From positions 1,728 through 65,727 of IMG/VR virus record IMGVR_UViG_3300020404_002650: a DNA stretch of 64,000 nt. One strand, written 5' to 3'. The notes below the pieces were generated by a model that worked only from the letters and a program-made list of their open reading frames with translations, was not told where the DNA came from and did no database searches. The stretch comes from a virus. Its lineage: Duplodnaviria > Caudoviricetes. Below, in pieces: positions 18,488 to 33,900 of this stretch. The translations under genes were made by a program, and so were the position numbers. Numbering within the stretch: position 1 is the stretch's first letter; the number at the start of each line of letters is the position of its first letter.

Positions 18488-21400
18488 ATGGCCACAACAG
18501 ATAGACAGAACAGATTATTAGTAGCCGAAGATTGGCGTAAGATTTATCAAGCGTTTCAACAGGCAGATTTCAAATCTTACGATTTTGAAACTTTACGTAG
18601 AACAATGGTATCTTATCTACGTGAGAATTATCCAGATGATTTCAATGACTTTGTAGAGAGTTCAGAATATGTTGCACTTATTGATTTAATTGCCTACATA
18701 GCACAGGCACTATCTTTCAGGGTAGATCTTAACGCAAGAGAAAATTTCTTAGAAACTGCCGAAAGAAGAAATTCAGTATTGAGACTAGCGAGATTAATCA
18801 ATTACAATGCCAAAAGAAATAGGCCTGCAACTGGACTTTTAAAAGTAGATTCTATATCTACAACACAAACTGTCAATGATAGTTCAGGAGCCAACCTTGC
18901 TGATCAAACTATCATATGGAATGACAGTGCTAATTCTAATTACAGACAGCAATTCACAGCAATTTTAAATGCCGCTAATCAAACAGGACAACTTTTTGGA
19001 AGTCCGAGAGAGAAGAAAACTATTGGGTCAGTGGATACGGAAGTTTACACACTATCGTCCAATCAGTCAGATCTTCCTATATACCAATTCTCCAAAGACA
19101 TCGGAGGCACGTCAAGAGTATTTGAAGTTGTGCCAAGTTCGATTAATGATTCTGACAGCATTTACGAGTCAGCACCTGTTCCTGGAACAGGCCTTACATA
19201 CACTTTTAGAAATGACGGAGCAGGCGATAGTTCAAACAACACAGGTTATTTTTTCCTTTTCAAACAAGGTACAATGGAAAACACAGAATTTACTGTCGAC
19301 ACTGCCATTACAAATTTTGTTAGAAGTTTCACTACTTCTAATGTCAATGACACGGATGTTTGGTTGTACAAGTTGGATCAGTTCGGACAAATTTTTGAAC
19401 AATGGACAAAGGTTCCTTCTTTATCCGGTAACAATGCCATATACAATTCTTTAAGCAAAGACGAAAGAAATATTTTTAACGTTGTCAGTAAGGCTGATGA
19501 CACAATAGATCTTGTCTTTGGAGATGGAAACTTTTCTAACCTGCCTCTTGGCACTTTCAGGACATACTACAGAGTATCAGACAATGCCAAGTATGCAATA
19601 CAACCAAGTGACATGCAAGGTATATCTTTGTCAGTGCCATACATTGATGCAAATGGATCACAACAGACATTGACAATGGGGATAAGTTTAAAGCAATCAG
19701 TTTACAACTCTGCCGCTTCCGAATCCAACGATTCTATTAAGGAAAAAGCAGGACAGGTATATTATTCACAGAACAGGATGATTACAGCAGAGGATTATCA
19801 AGTAGTGCCATTATCTGCTTCACAGGAAATTGTTAAAGTTAGATCTGTAAACAGAAGTGCTTCAGGTATATCAAGGGCAAAAGAAATACTTGATCCAACT
19901 GGTGCTTATTCTAATGTAAGTGTTTTTGCAGAAGACGGCATACTTTACAAAGAAGAAAGTGCTCCAACTTTTACTTTCACATTCAAAAATAAAAATGACA
20001 TTAAGTCTACTATTGATAATTCTGTCGAAACGAAAACAAAAACTGCATACGCTAGACAATTTTTCTATGACAAATATGCACAAAAAGATTTGTCAACACT
20101 TACAGCGACATGGAGTTCGTCTACTACAGGCACTAATACAAATACCGGCTTTTTCACATCGGGCGGTGCACTTGCTATAGGAGATTCGGCAACTAGTAAT
20201 TTTAAATTCGCAAAAGTTGGCTCATTAATCAAATTTACTTCTCCAGACACTAGAGAATTCTTAAATGGAAAATTAGTTACCGCAGGTACAGAAAACGCAG
20301 AAGACAGAGCATGGGCAAAGATTGGTGCTGTGGTTGGAGATGGTTCAAACAGTGGACAAGGCAATCTTGATTCTGGTGCAGGTCCTGTTACGTTGAATGA
20401 CATAGTGCCAGACGGTGCAGTAGTAAATGCTGTGATTCCAAACTACACAACTTCATTTAGTACTACACTGGAAAATGACATGATTGATAGAATTGAAAAT
20501 TACGAAGACTTTGGTTTACGATACGACATCGACAGTGAATCTTGGAAGGTAATCACAACAAATAATTTAAGTGCAAGTTCTACTTTTAGTTTGACAGCCA
20601 CAGGAAGCACGGCAGGAACAAATTTAGATGCAAGTTGGTGGTTCAAATTCACCACAGACGGAAACACATATACAGTTACGTACAGGAAATTAGATTACAT
20701 ATTTGAATCAGAAGGACAAAACAAATTTCATTTTGATGTAGAAGAAAAAATTTATGATTACAAAACCGGCAAGAGCGTTAAAGATTCTGTAAAAATTTTA
20801 AAAACAAATAGCATTGTATCAACTGGAAATGCAATTGGTTATCCAATTATGTGGCAAGTAGTCGACACGGTCACAGAAGCAGACGGATTCAGAGATAACA
20901 GGAAAGTGCAGGTTGGGTTTTTTGACGACGATGACGACGGGGTAGTAGACAATCCCGAAATATTTGATATTGTAGTAGAGCCAACTCTTTCGGTCACTAC
21001 TAAATTTGTTTTCTTTGAAAAGTATGTAAGTTATGATGACATCGAAAGATTCAGACCTTACGCGGCATCTAATTTTGTTGTAACCGAAAATGAAACAGAT
21101 ATAAATCTTGCAACAACAACTTACACAGATGGACAACTATTTTATTTCTACGCTGACACAGAAAACGTTATTAAGAAATATGACTCAAGCACTAATTCAT
21201 TGACTACAAGCACAGATTACTATGCACGTAGGGGAAGAAGTAATATAGACTTTCAATACAAGCATCATGCAGGACAAGAGACAAGAATTGACCCAAGCGT
21301 TAGTAATATTGTTGATGTGTATATGCTTGAAAGAACTTATGATAATTTGTTTAGAATATGGTTACAGGACGGCGGAGTGAAGCCGTCAGTTTCAACATCA

Positions 21401-21976
21401 GACCAGATGAGAATCAATTACTCTGGTGTGCTTAACCCACTGAAATCATTATCAGATCAGATAATTTACCATCCTGTCAAATACAAAATTTTATTTGGAT
21501 CCAACGCCCCTGAGCCACTACAGGCAACTTTTAAGGTTGTTAAAAATCCTAAAACAAATGTTACTGACGCTGTAATCAAAACAAGAGTGATTGCCGCAAT
21601 TAACGAGTTTTTTGCACTGGATAATTGGGACTTTGGAGATACTTTTTATTTTACAGAACTTGCCGCATACATTCACAAAGAACTTGCACCAGACTTGTTG
21701 ACTGCTGTGATTGTGCCTAACGAATCAGAACAGAGTTTTGGGTCTCTGTTTCAAATTAATTCAGCGGCAGACGAAATTTTCATCAGTGGGGCCACCGTTG
21801 ATGATGTATCGATTATATCAGCACTAGGAGCCAATCAACTTGCGGCTTCTGGCACTGTGGTTACATCAACATCAACCACGTCAACGAACACAACTACGGG
21901 TTCAGCAGTATCAGGCTCTACTACATCAGGATCGGGATCAAGTTCAAGTTCCGGCAGTAGTGGGGCAGGTTACTAA
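18488..21976 (+). CDS. gp6: Baseplate wedge protein (gp6/baseplate J-like), 1162 aa
   Basis: [45 protein letters not shown]. Confidence 0.85.
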   Translation: MATTDRQNRLLVAEDWRKIYQAFQQADFKSYDFETLRRTMVSYLRENYPDDFNDFVESSEYVALIDLIAYIAQALSFRVDLNARENFLETAERRNSVLRLARLINYNAKRNRPATGLLKVDSISTTQTVNDSSGANLADQTIIWNDSANSNYRQQFTAILNAANQTGQLFGSPREKKTIGSVDTEVYTLSSNQSDLPIYQFSKDIGGTSRVFEVVPSSINDSDSIYESAPVPGTGLTYTFRNDGAGDSSNNTGYFFLFKQGTMENTEFTVDTAITNFVRSFTTSNVNDTDVWLYKLDQFGQIFEQWTKVPSLSGNNAIYNSLSKDERNIFNVVSKADDTIDLVFGDGNFSNLPLGTFRTYYRVSDNAKYAIQPSDMQGISLSVPYIDANGSQQTLTMGISLKQSVYNSAASESNDSIKEKAGQVYYSQNRMITAEDYQVVPLSASQEIVKVRSVNRSASGISRAKEILDPTGAYSNVSVFAEDGILYKEESAPTFTFTFKNKNDIKSTIDNSVETKTKTAYARQFFYDKYAQKDLSTLTATWSSSTTGTNTNTGFFTSGGALAIGDSATSNFKFAKVGSLIKFTSPDTREFLNGKLVTAGTENAEDRAWAKIGAVVGDGSNSGQGNLDSGAGPVTLNDIVPDGAVVNAVIPNYTTSFSTTLENDMIDRIENYEDFGLRYDIDSESWKVITTNNLSASSTFSLTATGSTAGTNLDASWWFKFTTDGNTYTVTYRKLDYIFESEGQNKFHFDVEEKIYDYKTGKSVKDSVKILKTNSIVSTGNAIGYPIMWQVVDTVTEADGFRDNRKVQVGFFDDDDDGVVDNPEIFDIVVEPTLSVTTKFVFFEKYVSYDDIERFRPYAASNFVVTENETDINLATTTYTDGQLFYFYADTENVIKKYDSSTNSLTTSTDYYARRGRSNIDFQYKHHAGQETRIDPSVSNIVDVYMLERTYDNLFRIWLQDGGVKPSVSTSDQMRINYSGVLNPLKSLSDQIIYHPVKYKILFGSNAPEPLQATFKVVKNPKTNVTDAVIKTRVIAAINEFFALDNWDFGDTFYFTELAAYIHKELAPDLLTAVIVPNESEQSFGSLFQINSAADEIFISGATVDDVSIISALGANQLAASGTVVTSTSTTSTNTTTGSAVSGSTTSGSGSSSSSGSSGAGY

Positions 21977-24900
21977 TGGCTGACACACCAATCAATTCAC
22001 AAGCAAATCAGGAAGTTGTAAAACAAGGTGACAACGAGTACAGAAGATCAGTACAACACCTTCCGGCATTCTACAGGACAGATACCAACCAACGTTTCTT
22101 GTCTAGCACTTTAGATTCTCTAATACAAAAAGGATCTCTAGAGAGATTAGACGGATTTATCGGACGGCAGGACGCCTACACAAGGGAGGTCACAGATAGG
22201 TATCTTGGTGCAACCAGTAGAGATAGATTTGCATATCAACTGGAACCTGCAGTAACCTATATTGATAACGATACAACATCTATCAATCCAGAAGACCAAG
22301 TTAAGTTCACTGGCACATATGATGACTATATCAATCAACTTAAATATTTTGGAGCCAATGTTGACAACCATGATAGATTAAACAAAGAAACTGCATACTC
22401 GTGGAACCCAGCAGTTGATTATGACAAACTTGTTAATTACAGGGAATACTATTGGGTGTCGGATGGACCAAGTGCTATAGAAATAGATTCAGTTGGGACA
22501 GGAGCAGAAGTTGAATTCAAAGTAGAAGCACTGGCGGACGACGGAACCACAGGCAGAGCATACAGTTTCCCACATAAGGAAAATTTACGTAATCCAGAAA
22601 TTACGCTTTATAGAGGAAACACATACAAATTTACAAAAAGTGAAACAGGACATCCTTTCTACATAATGTCCGAGCCAATATCAGGCGGGATAGCCGCGGA
22701 CGGATCAACATCGGTACATTACAACGAAGGTGTCACAAACAACGGTGTGCAAAAAGGTACACTAACATTTGTTGTTCCAACAGATGCCCCTAATACGTTA
22801 TACTATCAATGTAGCAGTCATGAAAACATGTACGGGGTGCTGAATATCAAGACTGTTGCTTCTAATTCACAGATTGAGGTAGAAGATGACATCGTAGGTG
22901 TAAAAAATTACAGCCTTAGAACACTTGCCCTATCAAACGGTATGAAGATAAAATTTAAAACCGATCTGGTTGCAAGTGCATATAAAAACAAAGAATATTA
23001 TGTAGAAGGTGTAGGTGATGCTATATCATTGACAGATGTCACATCTTTAGTAACACCAGAATCGTATTCCGATGACGGAACGCCGAAAGATAAAGATTAC
23101 ATTACAATCAAAAGGGACAGCAGAGATCAAAACCCTTGGTCACGTTACAATAGGTGGTTCCATAGAGATAATATTGACAAAGCGGCTACCGTTAATGGCA
23201 CTCCAAAAGTGCTTGATGAGAATGATCGAGCAAAAAGACCCATTATAGAATTTGATTCTGGATTGGCTTTATACAATCATGGAACAGTTGCAAAGGATCC
23301 TGTCGATCTATTTGACACAACTATTACTGATGCTTTGAGTGTAGTTCCTAGAGCAACAGGTTATTTTATAGACGGTGTTGAACTTACACAAGGAATGAGG
23401 GTAGTTTTTTCCGCGGACACAGATATCGCAGTAAAAAATAGGATTTACACTGTAAATTTTGTTACAGCAGGAGATTCAACGCAAGTGATTGCATTGGTAG
23501 AGACCAACATTGTCGGCGATAATGAAAACATTTATGTCAAACAAGGCACACTAGGTAAAGGCAAGAATTATTATTACGACGATACAAACAAAGTATGGAA
23601 GACTGCTCAATCTAAAACAAAATTAAATCAGCAACCTCTTTTTGGTATGTGGGACAATGACCATGTATCTTTTGATGACGCAACGACTTATCCCAATTCG
23701 ACTTTCGCGGGGGCAAAAGTTTTATCATTTGCAACTTCTGACAGTGCCACGGAGGATACCGTGCTGGGCATCAAAGTCAAATATAGAACAATTAACAATG
23801 TTGGAGATATTGTTTTTGAGTCAGATCACACGTCGGGTACTTTTACATACAAGACAGGTAAAAAAACAATTACAAAAAATTTAGCAGAAGGTCATTTACA
23901 TTACACTACAAGTAGGACAACACACAATTCTCGTAGTGCATGGATCAAAAGATCTGCATCTAGTAAACAAAGGGTGATAAGGACTTTTATAGTAGACGCA
24001 ACTGAAAAACAACTTTTTCCTATAGATTTTTTCAAAAATTCTGCCAGCCTAACAGATCTAGATATTTCCGTACAGGTTAACGGCGCAAGGAAGACTGTAA
24101 CAACTGACTACACACTAGTAGATGGCAGTACCAACAAGTACGTAAAGTTTAACGCAGAACTTAAGGTTGATGATCAAATAAGGATCGCGGGCCATAGCAG
24201 TGCTGACAAAGTCGCCAACAAAGGAATATACGAAGTACCTGAAAATCTTTCAGTAAACGGTTTGAACACAGCAACTAATGAATTTACTTTTGGACAAATT
24301 GTTAATCATGTAAAAGATATACTAGACAAAAACAGTGCGGTTACAGGATCAATACCAGGGCAGTCAAATTTGCGAGACAAACCAGATGCAAGGTTGTTAG
24401 GCGGATCTATTCAGCAACACGAAGCATCTATTGTACCGGCAATATTTGGTCTAACAGATCAAGAAACCAATGTACTAACAGCAATAGATTATGTAAACCT
24501 ACAATACGAACAATGGTACAATAGTTTCCTTACAAATGCAGTTGGCACTGCTTATGAAGGAGTTGCCAGAGACAGGGTTGACGAAATTATTGAAACAATA
24601 TCGGTAGGCAAAAACAGTAAGTTTCCTTTCTTTTATGAGGACATGATTGGATATGGGCAGAACGTGTCTACAAGAAGTTACACTGTCCAGGGAACATCGC
24701 AAAAGGATTACGCGATTGATTCTTTGCACGATATCACAAAATTAAGCAATAGAGCAGTCTACGTATATCTTAATGATGTGCAGTTGGTGTTGGGTTCAGA
24801 ATATACATTCAGCACAACAGATGATAGCATTAATATTTCAAAAGCACTGACCGTGGGTGACAAAATAGTAATTAAGGATTACGCTGACACAACAGGAAGT

Positions 24901-27900
24901 TATGTTCCTCCAACTCCGACAAAATTAGGAATCTATCCTAAGTTTAAGCCTGAGTCATACACTGATGACAGTTATACCACATCTACAAATGTCATAAGAA
25001 GACACGACGGTTCTATTATCAAGGCCTATGGCGACGAACGCGATGATCTTATTTTAGAATTGGAAAAAAGAATATACAACAACTGTAAGACAGCATACGA
25101 CAGTACAAACCTTGCATGGGGAGATGTGATGCCAAGTGTGTTTACATCAACAGAGTATACACGTAAACAAGTTGACGACACAATGGCCGCTGATTTTTAT
25201 GTATGGGCAGGCAGGAACAAAGTTCAATACATAAACAATACAGCGTTTTCGGAAGGATCTCCTTTCACATACAACTATTCGCTATCAACGGACAGGGTGA
25301 CAGGACAAAACCTACCTGGTTACTGGCGTGCCATTTACAAATTTTTCTATGACACAGATACACCACATTTGACACCGTGGGAGATGTTGGGTCATTCAGA
25401 GAAGCCAAGCACTTGGGAGGCAACGTATGGTGCGGCACCGTACACTGCTGGGAACGATGTCTTATGGAATGACATTGCATCTCATCAGGGTAGATACGGC
25501 AAGCCTGACGTAAGGACATATCTTCCTGTAGACGCATCTGGTAACCTATTAGATCCACTGGCTATCGGTATTGTTAATTTCTTTGACATTCCTGGCAGGG
25601 GACTACCATGGAAGTTTGGTGATCATGCACCAGCGGAGACTGCCTGGAGGCGTTCTAGTGCATATCCGTTCAGTGTTTTAAAAACTTTGGCTATTACAAA
25701 ACCTGCAAAATTCTTTGAGAACCTATTTGACGTATCTCGATTATCTATAAACTCGGCAGGTAACAAAATATCATCCGATACTGGAATAAGATTTAATCTT
25801 AATAAAGCCAAATATCATTTAGAAACAGAAACAGACGTAACGACAGGAGTCACTACGAGATTTATGACAGCAGGATATCAAGTTTTTGTAGTAAATTATT
25901 TGACAGGCAAAGGGTTGGATCCTAAGGCATTCTATTACGACAAGATGAAGAATCTTGATATTCAATTGGTTTACAAACTGGGAGGTTTTACAGACAAGGA
26001 TAATATTAAAGTTTTGACTGATTCTGTTTCGCCGGGTTCAACAGCAGGATCAAAATTTATACCGGACGAAAACTATAAAATAAACTTTAGGACATCAAAC
26101 CCAGTTGAAAGTTTTCAGTATTCTGGTGTGTTGATAGAAAAAAATACTGATACATCACTTGACGGGTCGTCACTACTTGGTGGGTTTAAAGTTTTAGGAT
26201 ATTCAACAACAAAACCATTTTTCAACTTCAATTATCCAGTAAAAACATCGACCAAATCTTCTTTGAAAGTTGAAGGTTCGGTTGGGGTAGATCAATTCAC
26301 AAATTATCAAGAAACAGTACAGACTATTCCATATGGATATGTTTTCACTACTGTACAAGACGTTGCAGATTTCTTGTTGGGATACGGAAATTATCTAGAA
26401 TCAGAAGGCTTTAAATTTAATAAATTTTCAAAAGAGATAAAAGAAACATTAAACTGGACAAATGCTGTTAGAGAGTTTTTATTCTGGACCACACAGGAAT
26501 GGGCACCTGGATCGGCAATAACAGTTTCACCTGCCGCGGACGGATTTGAATTAGACACCAACAACAGCATTGTTGGCAAGTTGAGGAACCTGGCAGGAGA
26601 TTATAGCATTGTTGATGCAGGCGGAAGAAAAATTGACATCAGAGAGATAAGCACAAAACGTTTAGGAAAAACTTTTGATCTTACAATGAAGTCGGCAGAT
26701 ATTGGTTTATATAACATCGAATTAAACACTGTTCAGAAAGAACATATTCTAATATTTGATAACAACACAGTGTTCTCCGATGTGATATATGATCCATTTA
26801 CAGGGTTCAGGCAACAAAGATTAAAAGTGGTTGGTTGGAAGACAGGTAACTGGGATGGCGATTATTATGCACCTGGGTTTGTATTTGATGCGGCGCAAGT
26901 TACATACTGGATCGCAAATACAGATTACAGAATAGGCGACGCAGTTGAATATCAAGGTAAGTTTTATGTTGCGTCCGTCAATCATAATGCAGGCGATAAG
27001 TTTATTAGCGATAATTGGGTGCTTAAAAATGACAAACCGGCGCCGCAACTTATTCCTAACTTCGAATACAAGATTGCACAGTTTAATGACTTCTATAATC
27101 TTGAGACAAATAATTTTGATGAATCTCAACAGCAACTTGCACAGAGATTAATAGGTTATCAGAGCAGGGACTACCTAGAAAACTTATTTGTAAATGATGT
27201 TTCGCAATACAAATTCTATCAAGGCTACATTAGAGAGAAAGGCACACAGAGTGCAATAGACAAAATTCTTAAAGCCAAGTATGAAAACTCAGATATTACT
27301 TTAAATTTTTATCCAGACTGGATGATAAGAACAGGACAATTTGGTAACCTTGACAGTATAGAAAATATACAAGTTACCTTAGACGACAAAACTATCAACA
27401 CAGACCCTTTAAGTTTAGAATTTTTTGACACAGAAAGTTTTTCAAAAGATTATGTGAGATCGGTAGGAGTGTTCAAGGATAATTTTTACTACAAACCGTT
27501 AGAATATACAGCGTCAGACACTTTCAAGCGTTATGACTTCACACAACCAGGCAAAGACAGGGACAATGTGCAGATTTACAAGACAGCAGGTTATCCTCAG
27601 GTCCAACAAGTGCAACATACAGCATTTTACATTCAGGATCTGTTGTCACTTGATGTTGAGTCAGTATCAAGAAATGATCTTATTTGGGTAGCCAGCAAAG
27701 AAAATGCAGACTGGGACGTTCTTAGAATGACGTTTTCAGGATTTAAGATTGACTCGTTACAACCAAACATCAATAACACACAAATGTTAATTAAATTTAC
27801 AGATTCACATGGATTGACCGCGGGCAGTGCCACAACAACGGCGGACTATTTTGCAATAACAAATAGTGAAAGCACAACATTAAACAGAGTCTACCGTGTT

Positions 27901-30900
27901 GCTAGTGTTCCTACCCACGATAGTGTGTTGGTGGAATACGACGACGATACAACTTTTATTCCTACATTAGCAGATGGTTCGACGGCAGACAGTTACGGCA
28001 ACATTTACAAATTTATTTCAGTAAGAATCAATTCGATGGACAATGTAAATGACAGGCTGGCATATTCAGAATATAAGGATAAAAACGACACACTTGAAAT
28101 TCCCGGCGATAAGGTATTTGCAGATGCTGACACATCTGGTTTGTGGCGTGTTTACGAAAAACAAGATCCATATACTGAAAAAATTATCAATTCGCCAAAC
28201 ACTACCACAAGTAACCAAGAGTTTGGATATCGTGTTGTGGCTAGGAACGATGGTAGGACAGTTGTTGTATCGGCACCTGGCAAAGGGCAAGGAGAAGTAC
28301 ACTTCCTATTCAGGACGTCACACAACGCAGGGACATCTTTTTCGACGCAGGCAACTGCAACAATGACAGAGAACGATGACAATACAAGCAGATTGGGAGA
28401 GTCATTATCAATAAGCACAGATGAAAACTTTGTTGTTGCTGGTGCACCATATACAAACACACTGGACAATGACGGCAGTACACGGCAGATAGATGCAGGA
28501 CTGATCAAGGTGTACGTATGGAATCCTGACAGATATCAATATGGAATACTAAACACGTTGACACCTCCAACTGATGGTTCGACCGAAAATGAAAATTTAA
28601 ATTTTGGTTGGTCGCACAAGATTGCCGAACCGACTGATGCATCAACAAGAAGCACAGCAAGGAAATACTTGTTTGTTTCTGCCCCTGGACATTCAAATGA
28701 CACAGGTGTGGTTTATATGTACACATGGGGAATAGGTGCTGATGGATCGACTTATGATACTTGGACGCAGGACGCATCGATAATGTCGCCAGCGGGCGGG
28801 TCGGCTCAGAGATTTGGACACAGGCTTGAAACAAATGATAATGGTGATATATTGGCAGTGAGTTCAATAGCACCTGGCAACGCTGGAAAAGTAGAAATAT
28901 TTGTTAGGCAAGGTGCTTCAGACGGTGACAGCACACAAAACACATTTACGCATGTGCAAACATTGACAGGAGTAACATCAGATGGTTCAACGCTGAACAC
29001 TGCATTTGGTGAGTCAATTGCTATGAGCAAAGACGGAACAACACTTATAATTGGTGCAACAGGAGTTGACGACGTACAAGTGGACGCAGGAGCAGTTTAC
29101 ACATACAAATGGAACGCGGATGGTTCTACTAACACATATACGCTACAACAAACAATTAATGCTCCTGATAAACTAGACAACGTAAGATTTGGATCAAGTG
29201 TGTCGTTGACACAAGACGGAACAAGGTTAGCAATTGGCGCCGAAAAATCTGCAAACCCTAGAGAAATGAAATTCGATTCAGGAGAAACAACTTTTGATTT
29301 ACAAGACACAAGGATTGTGGACACAAACGAAGGTTCGGGTGCTGTTTATACTGCTACAATATACAATTCACAGTATGTGTTAGACGATAGGTTAGTATCA
29401 ACAAAAGTGTCCTCGTTTGACGATTTTGGAAGAGGCGTCAGCATGTCTGCCAACAATCTCTTTATTGGTTCTCCGAACGATGAAGGCAATCCTGATCTAA
29501 CTAATGACGGAACAGTACATCAGTACGATTGTAACACAGACGGAGAGTATGCTTGGAAAAATTTAACAACAGAAACAAACTTTATCGACATTGAAAAATT
29601 AGGACAGGTATTTGACTTCAATAACGGTACAAAACAAATAGGAAATTACTACGATCTTTATGATCCAATAAAAGGCAGAATACTTGGACAGGCAGATAGA
29701 GAAATAAATTACAGATCACCTTGGGATCCTGCCACTTACAACACAGGAGATCAAAGCAATATTAAAACACCTTGGCTTGAAGATCATATAGGGGAAGTAT
29801 GGTGGGATCTAACAAAAATAAAATATATCTGGTACGAGCAAGACGATCAGCAATACAAAGTCAACAACTGGGGTAAATTATTTCCTGGCTCAAGCGTTGA
29901 TGTGTATGAATGGACAGAATCTAGCCTTTTACCTGAGGATTGGAATGGCCTAGTTGGTTCGGAAACCGGCAACAATAATAGTATATCAGGAATAGCAAAC
30001 CTACAATACAGTGTGGCACAAAGGTATGACTCCAGGTTGGACGCTTTGGTTGATGTTTATTATTATTGGGTAAAAAACAAAAACACGCTACCGAGAAACA
30101 GCGTGGTTCATAGGAAAAATACTACAGGTTATGTTGCCAATCTAATTTCTAATCCTAGATCTGGTGCAGTGCAATGGTATGCGGCAACAGATACTAATAA
30201 AATAATGATTAATAAATTATCTCCATTAATTAATTCTGATGTCGTTTTGAATATTGACATAAGGAAGAATGACTTCGAGGGAGATGCACACAGCGTATGG
30301 AAACTTGCAAGAGAGGGCGATAAGGATTGGAGGCCTAATGCCGAAATCGAAACCAAGTGGTGGGATTCATTGTGCGGACAAAACAGTGCAGGTGATGTTG
30401 TGCCTGATGTCAATTTACCTATATACAACAGGTATGGAAACAGCATTAGACCAAGACAAAGTTGGTACGTTGACAGGCTTGAAGCACTCAAAGAAATTAT
30501 TGACTACGCTAACAGCGTAATAAAGAAAACTCAATTGGCAGGACAAGTCAGCCTCGATAATTTGAACAGTGAAGACCCTGAGCCTACAGTAGAGAGTGGA
30601 GAGTGGGACGCATCTGTCGACACATACGCAGACCTAACTTACATCAATACTGCTGATATATCGGGCTCGGTAAACTATCTGGTCAAAGCAGACGAGACTG
30701 CCAATGACTTATGGGCGATATACCAATGGGATGGCACACAGTTTAATAGAACAAAAATTCAAACTTACAATACTTCGAAATATTGGAGTTACACAGACTG
30801 GTACGGCACTGATCCTGCTATCCATGAGATGATCCATAGTGAAAATACTCCTATCGATAAACAGGTAACTTTTGAATACGAACTAGACGCACTTGACCTT

Positions 30901-33900
30901 GCTGTAGGTAAGCATGTCAAAGTGACAAACGCCGACACAGGCGGATGGAAACTGTTCATGAAAACAAGTACAGGTTGGACAAACGTTGGAACAGAAAATG
31001 GAACTTTCAAATTAAGCACAAAATTATATGATTACAGCCAGGACGCAACAGGATTCGCAGGCGAGGATAATTTTGATGACAACACTTTTGACCAAGAGCC
31101 CAACCAAGAAACTAGACAAGTATTGAAAGCATTGAAAGAAGATTTCTTCAAAGGCGATCTGTCTATCGAATACAACAATCTGTTCTTTGTGGGTTTAAGA
31201 AAAGTTCTTGAGGAACAGACTTATGTGGATTGGATGTTCAAGACTAGTTTCATAACTGCTGTTAACAGTGTCCGATCATTGGATACCAGAAAAACATATA
31301 CAAAAGGCACTGACACTTGGATAGAAAGTTACATAAATGAAGTAAAACCTTTCCATACAAAATTAAGGAATTACAAATTGGGTTACTATGCACCAGAACA
31401 ACACGATGGTGTTATCACTGATTTTGACAATCCACCATTCTATGACGAGACGACTGGCAAGATACGTAAGTTTAACCCAACATACGACACAGCAAAACGC
31501 ACAACGTATCCATGGCAATTGTGGTACGATTATTACACTAAACACGTGAAATCAATCACAGTGTTTGCAGGTGGCTCTGGTTACGAGACAGCACCAACAG
31601 TCACAATCAGCGGCGGAGGTGCAACCACACAGGCCACTGCCACTGCTACTATCACTGGAGGAGTGGTCACTTCTATCACATTGACAGGTATAGGTTTTGG
31701 TTATACATCCACACCAACTGTGACGCTTACTGGCGGTATGAACGATGGCACGGCACCAAGTGATGCCGCAAAAGCCTACGCAAACCTGGACAATGACCTT
31801 GTCAGGGATTTTGATACAACTATAAAATTTGACAGGATAACAAGCACATCGACTGTGGTTGACTGGGCGGCGAACACAACTTACAAGTATGGCGCTAAAA
31901 TTAGATACCAGAATGAATTATACAAAGCAGTGAACGAGTTTACATCTACTACAGACTTTGATGACAACGAAGGTGCAGTGACAAAATATTACGGCGACGA
32001 GACAGGATTAACAGCGGCTGATAGGATAAAAGGATTCTACACACCAACAGATGGCATGCCAGGCAATGAGTTGTCACAGGTCATGTCAGGAGTTGACTAT
32101 GGTGGCACGATGGTAACGGGACTACTTTTCAAACAGAGTCAAGGCTGGGATGAATCTGCATGGTACGACTATCCATGGGACAACTATGGAGTATCTAGGG
32201 TAAGAGCATTTTACGCCGACGGTACTACAAAAGCATTTACTTTCGCAGGCGAAACGTCAGTGGTATATCATGTTTATAAGACAGAAAGTGATGAACGTAC
32301 AAAACTTTCAGATACATTTATTGGAACAGGCAGTGAGGCAACTTACACCTTGACTGGCGCAACACCAAACGAGAATGCTTTGATAGAATTCATACCTGCA
32401 GACGACGATGGTGTGTTGACGCCTACTGATGATAGAACTTTAGACAGCATTATCAAAGGTGGTTTGTTCACCAAGAACGGATTGTATGGCAGTGCATTGG
32501 GTACAGCACCAAGTGACATTAACGTTGACGGAGATGCTTTTGTTTCATCCACAACAAGTTACGCACCTGAAGAAGTTGTGCCGGGACAAATATTTGACAC
32601 AGTGGACATAAAGGTTTATACTGCACCTGAAAGTGGTGTGCCTTTGATCACTGACAGAAATTATCATGGCGATGGTAGCACAACAACATTTGCATTGGGT
32701 GATCATCCTGGAACGTTGGCGTCGGTCAAAGTCTCAGTAGATGGAGTGACTAAAAAAGCACAGATAGATGGGTCAACAGTAGAGGATTACACAATTGATG
32801 TAGGTGCAAAAACAATTACATTTACAACTGCACCAGGAAGCGGTGCTTTAGTATCAACAAAAGTTTTTGCAATATCTGGTGTAAATTACAGAGTGCTGGA
32901 CACATTCACAGGTGACGGTTCTACAACTGTGTACACAACATCGGCAAGACAAGACTTCAATATAGATTCCACTAACTCTGAGATCTATGTGACAGTAGAT
33001 GGTGTGCCTACTACGGACCTCACAATAACATATACAGATCCTGAACACGCAGATGGATCTACAACAATAATTGGCAATACTGCTATTGTTACTTTTACAA
33101 CAGCACCGACGTCGGGACAGTTTATACAGATTGCAGGATTCCAAAGTTCAAGTACCACAAGGAGTGTGGCACAGATCAGATCAGAAGACTTCACTTATGA
33201 TGAGTCAACTACCAATTATGCATTGACGTTCCCGCCAGGGTCTATTACACCAATGCACGGTTTGTGCATAATCGAACTTGATGGCAAAGTTTTGAGAGGA
33301 CCTGACACAACTTATTACAAAGGCGACGGAAGCACATACACCTACGGTGTTGCATCTTCATTGAGCGATGGTTCAACAGTTGACCCTGCGAAAATTATTA
33401 CGAACACAAACCAAATAGAAGTTCACTACAACGGTAGAAAATTATCTGAAGGTGCCTTACCAAACGGCAACTACACTGTTGACCTGGCCGCACAAACTGT
33501 AAGTACAAACGCACCTGCAAATCCAGGCGACATTGTTGCAATAACAACTTTAGTTGACAAACACTACCAGATAGACAATCAGCCTAGTTCACCTGTGTTG
33601 GTATTAGACACGGCACAAATGCATACAGACGGCTTCAACAAGTCAGGCACTATGAGAGTTACAACTTTTAATAATGCACTTGGCATGAAATATCGTAGGG
33701 AAGTATTAGAAGGCAGACCAAATGGAGAATTCTTCTTGCATGACGAGCCGTTGAATTCAACTTACATGTATGTTTGGTTGAACGGAATTCAACTTACGCA
33801 GAATGTTGACTTTGCGTTCAACTTTGCGTTGGATGGACCAAAAATTACAGTCCATGGCAAGACTATTACAACAAGTGACAGACTAGATGTGATGTTCTTT

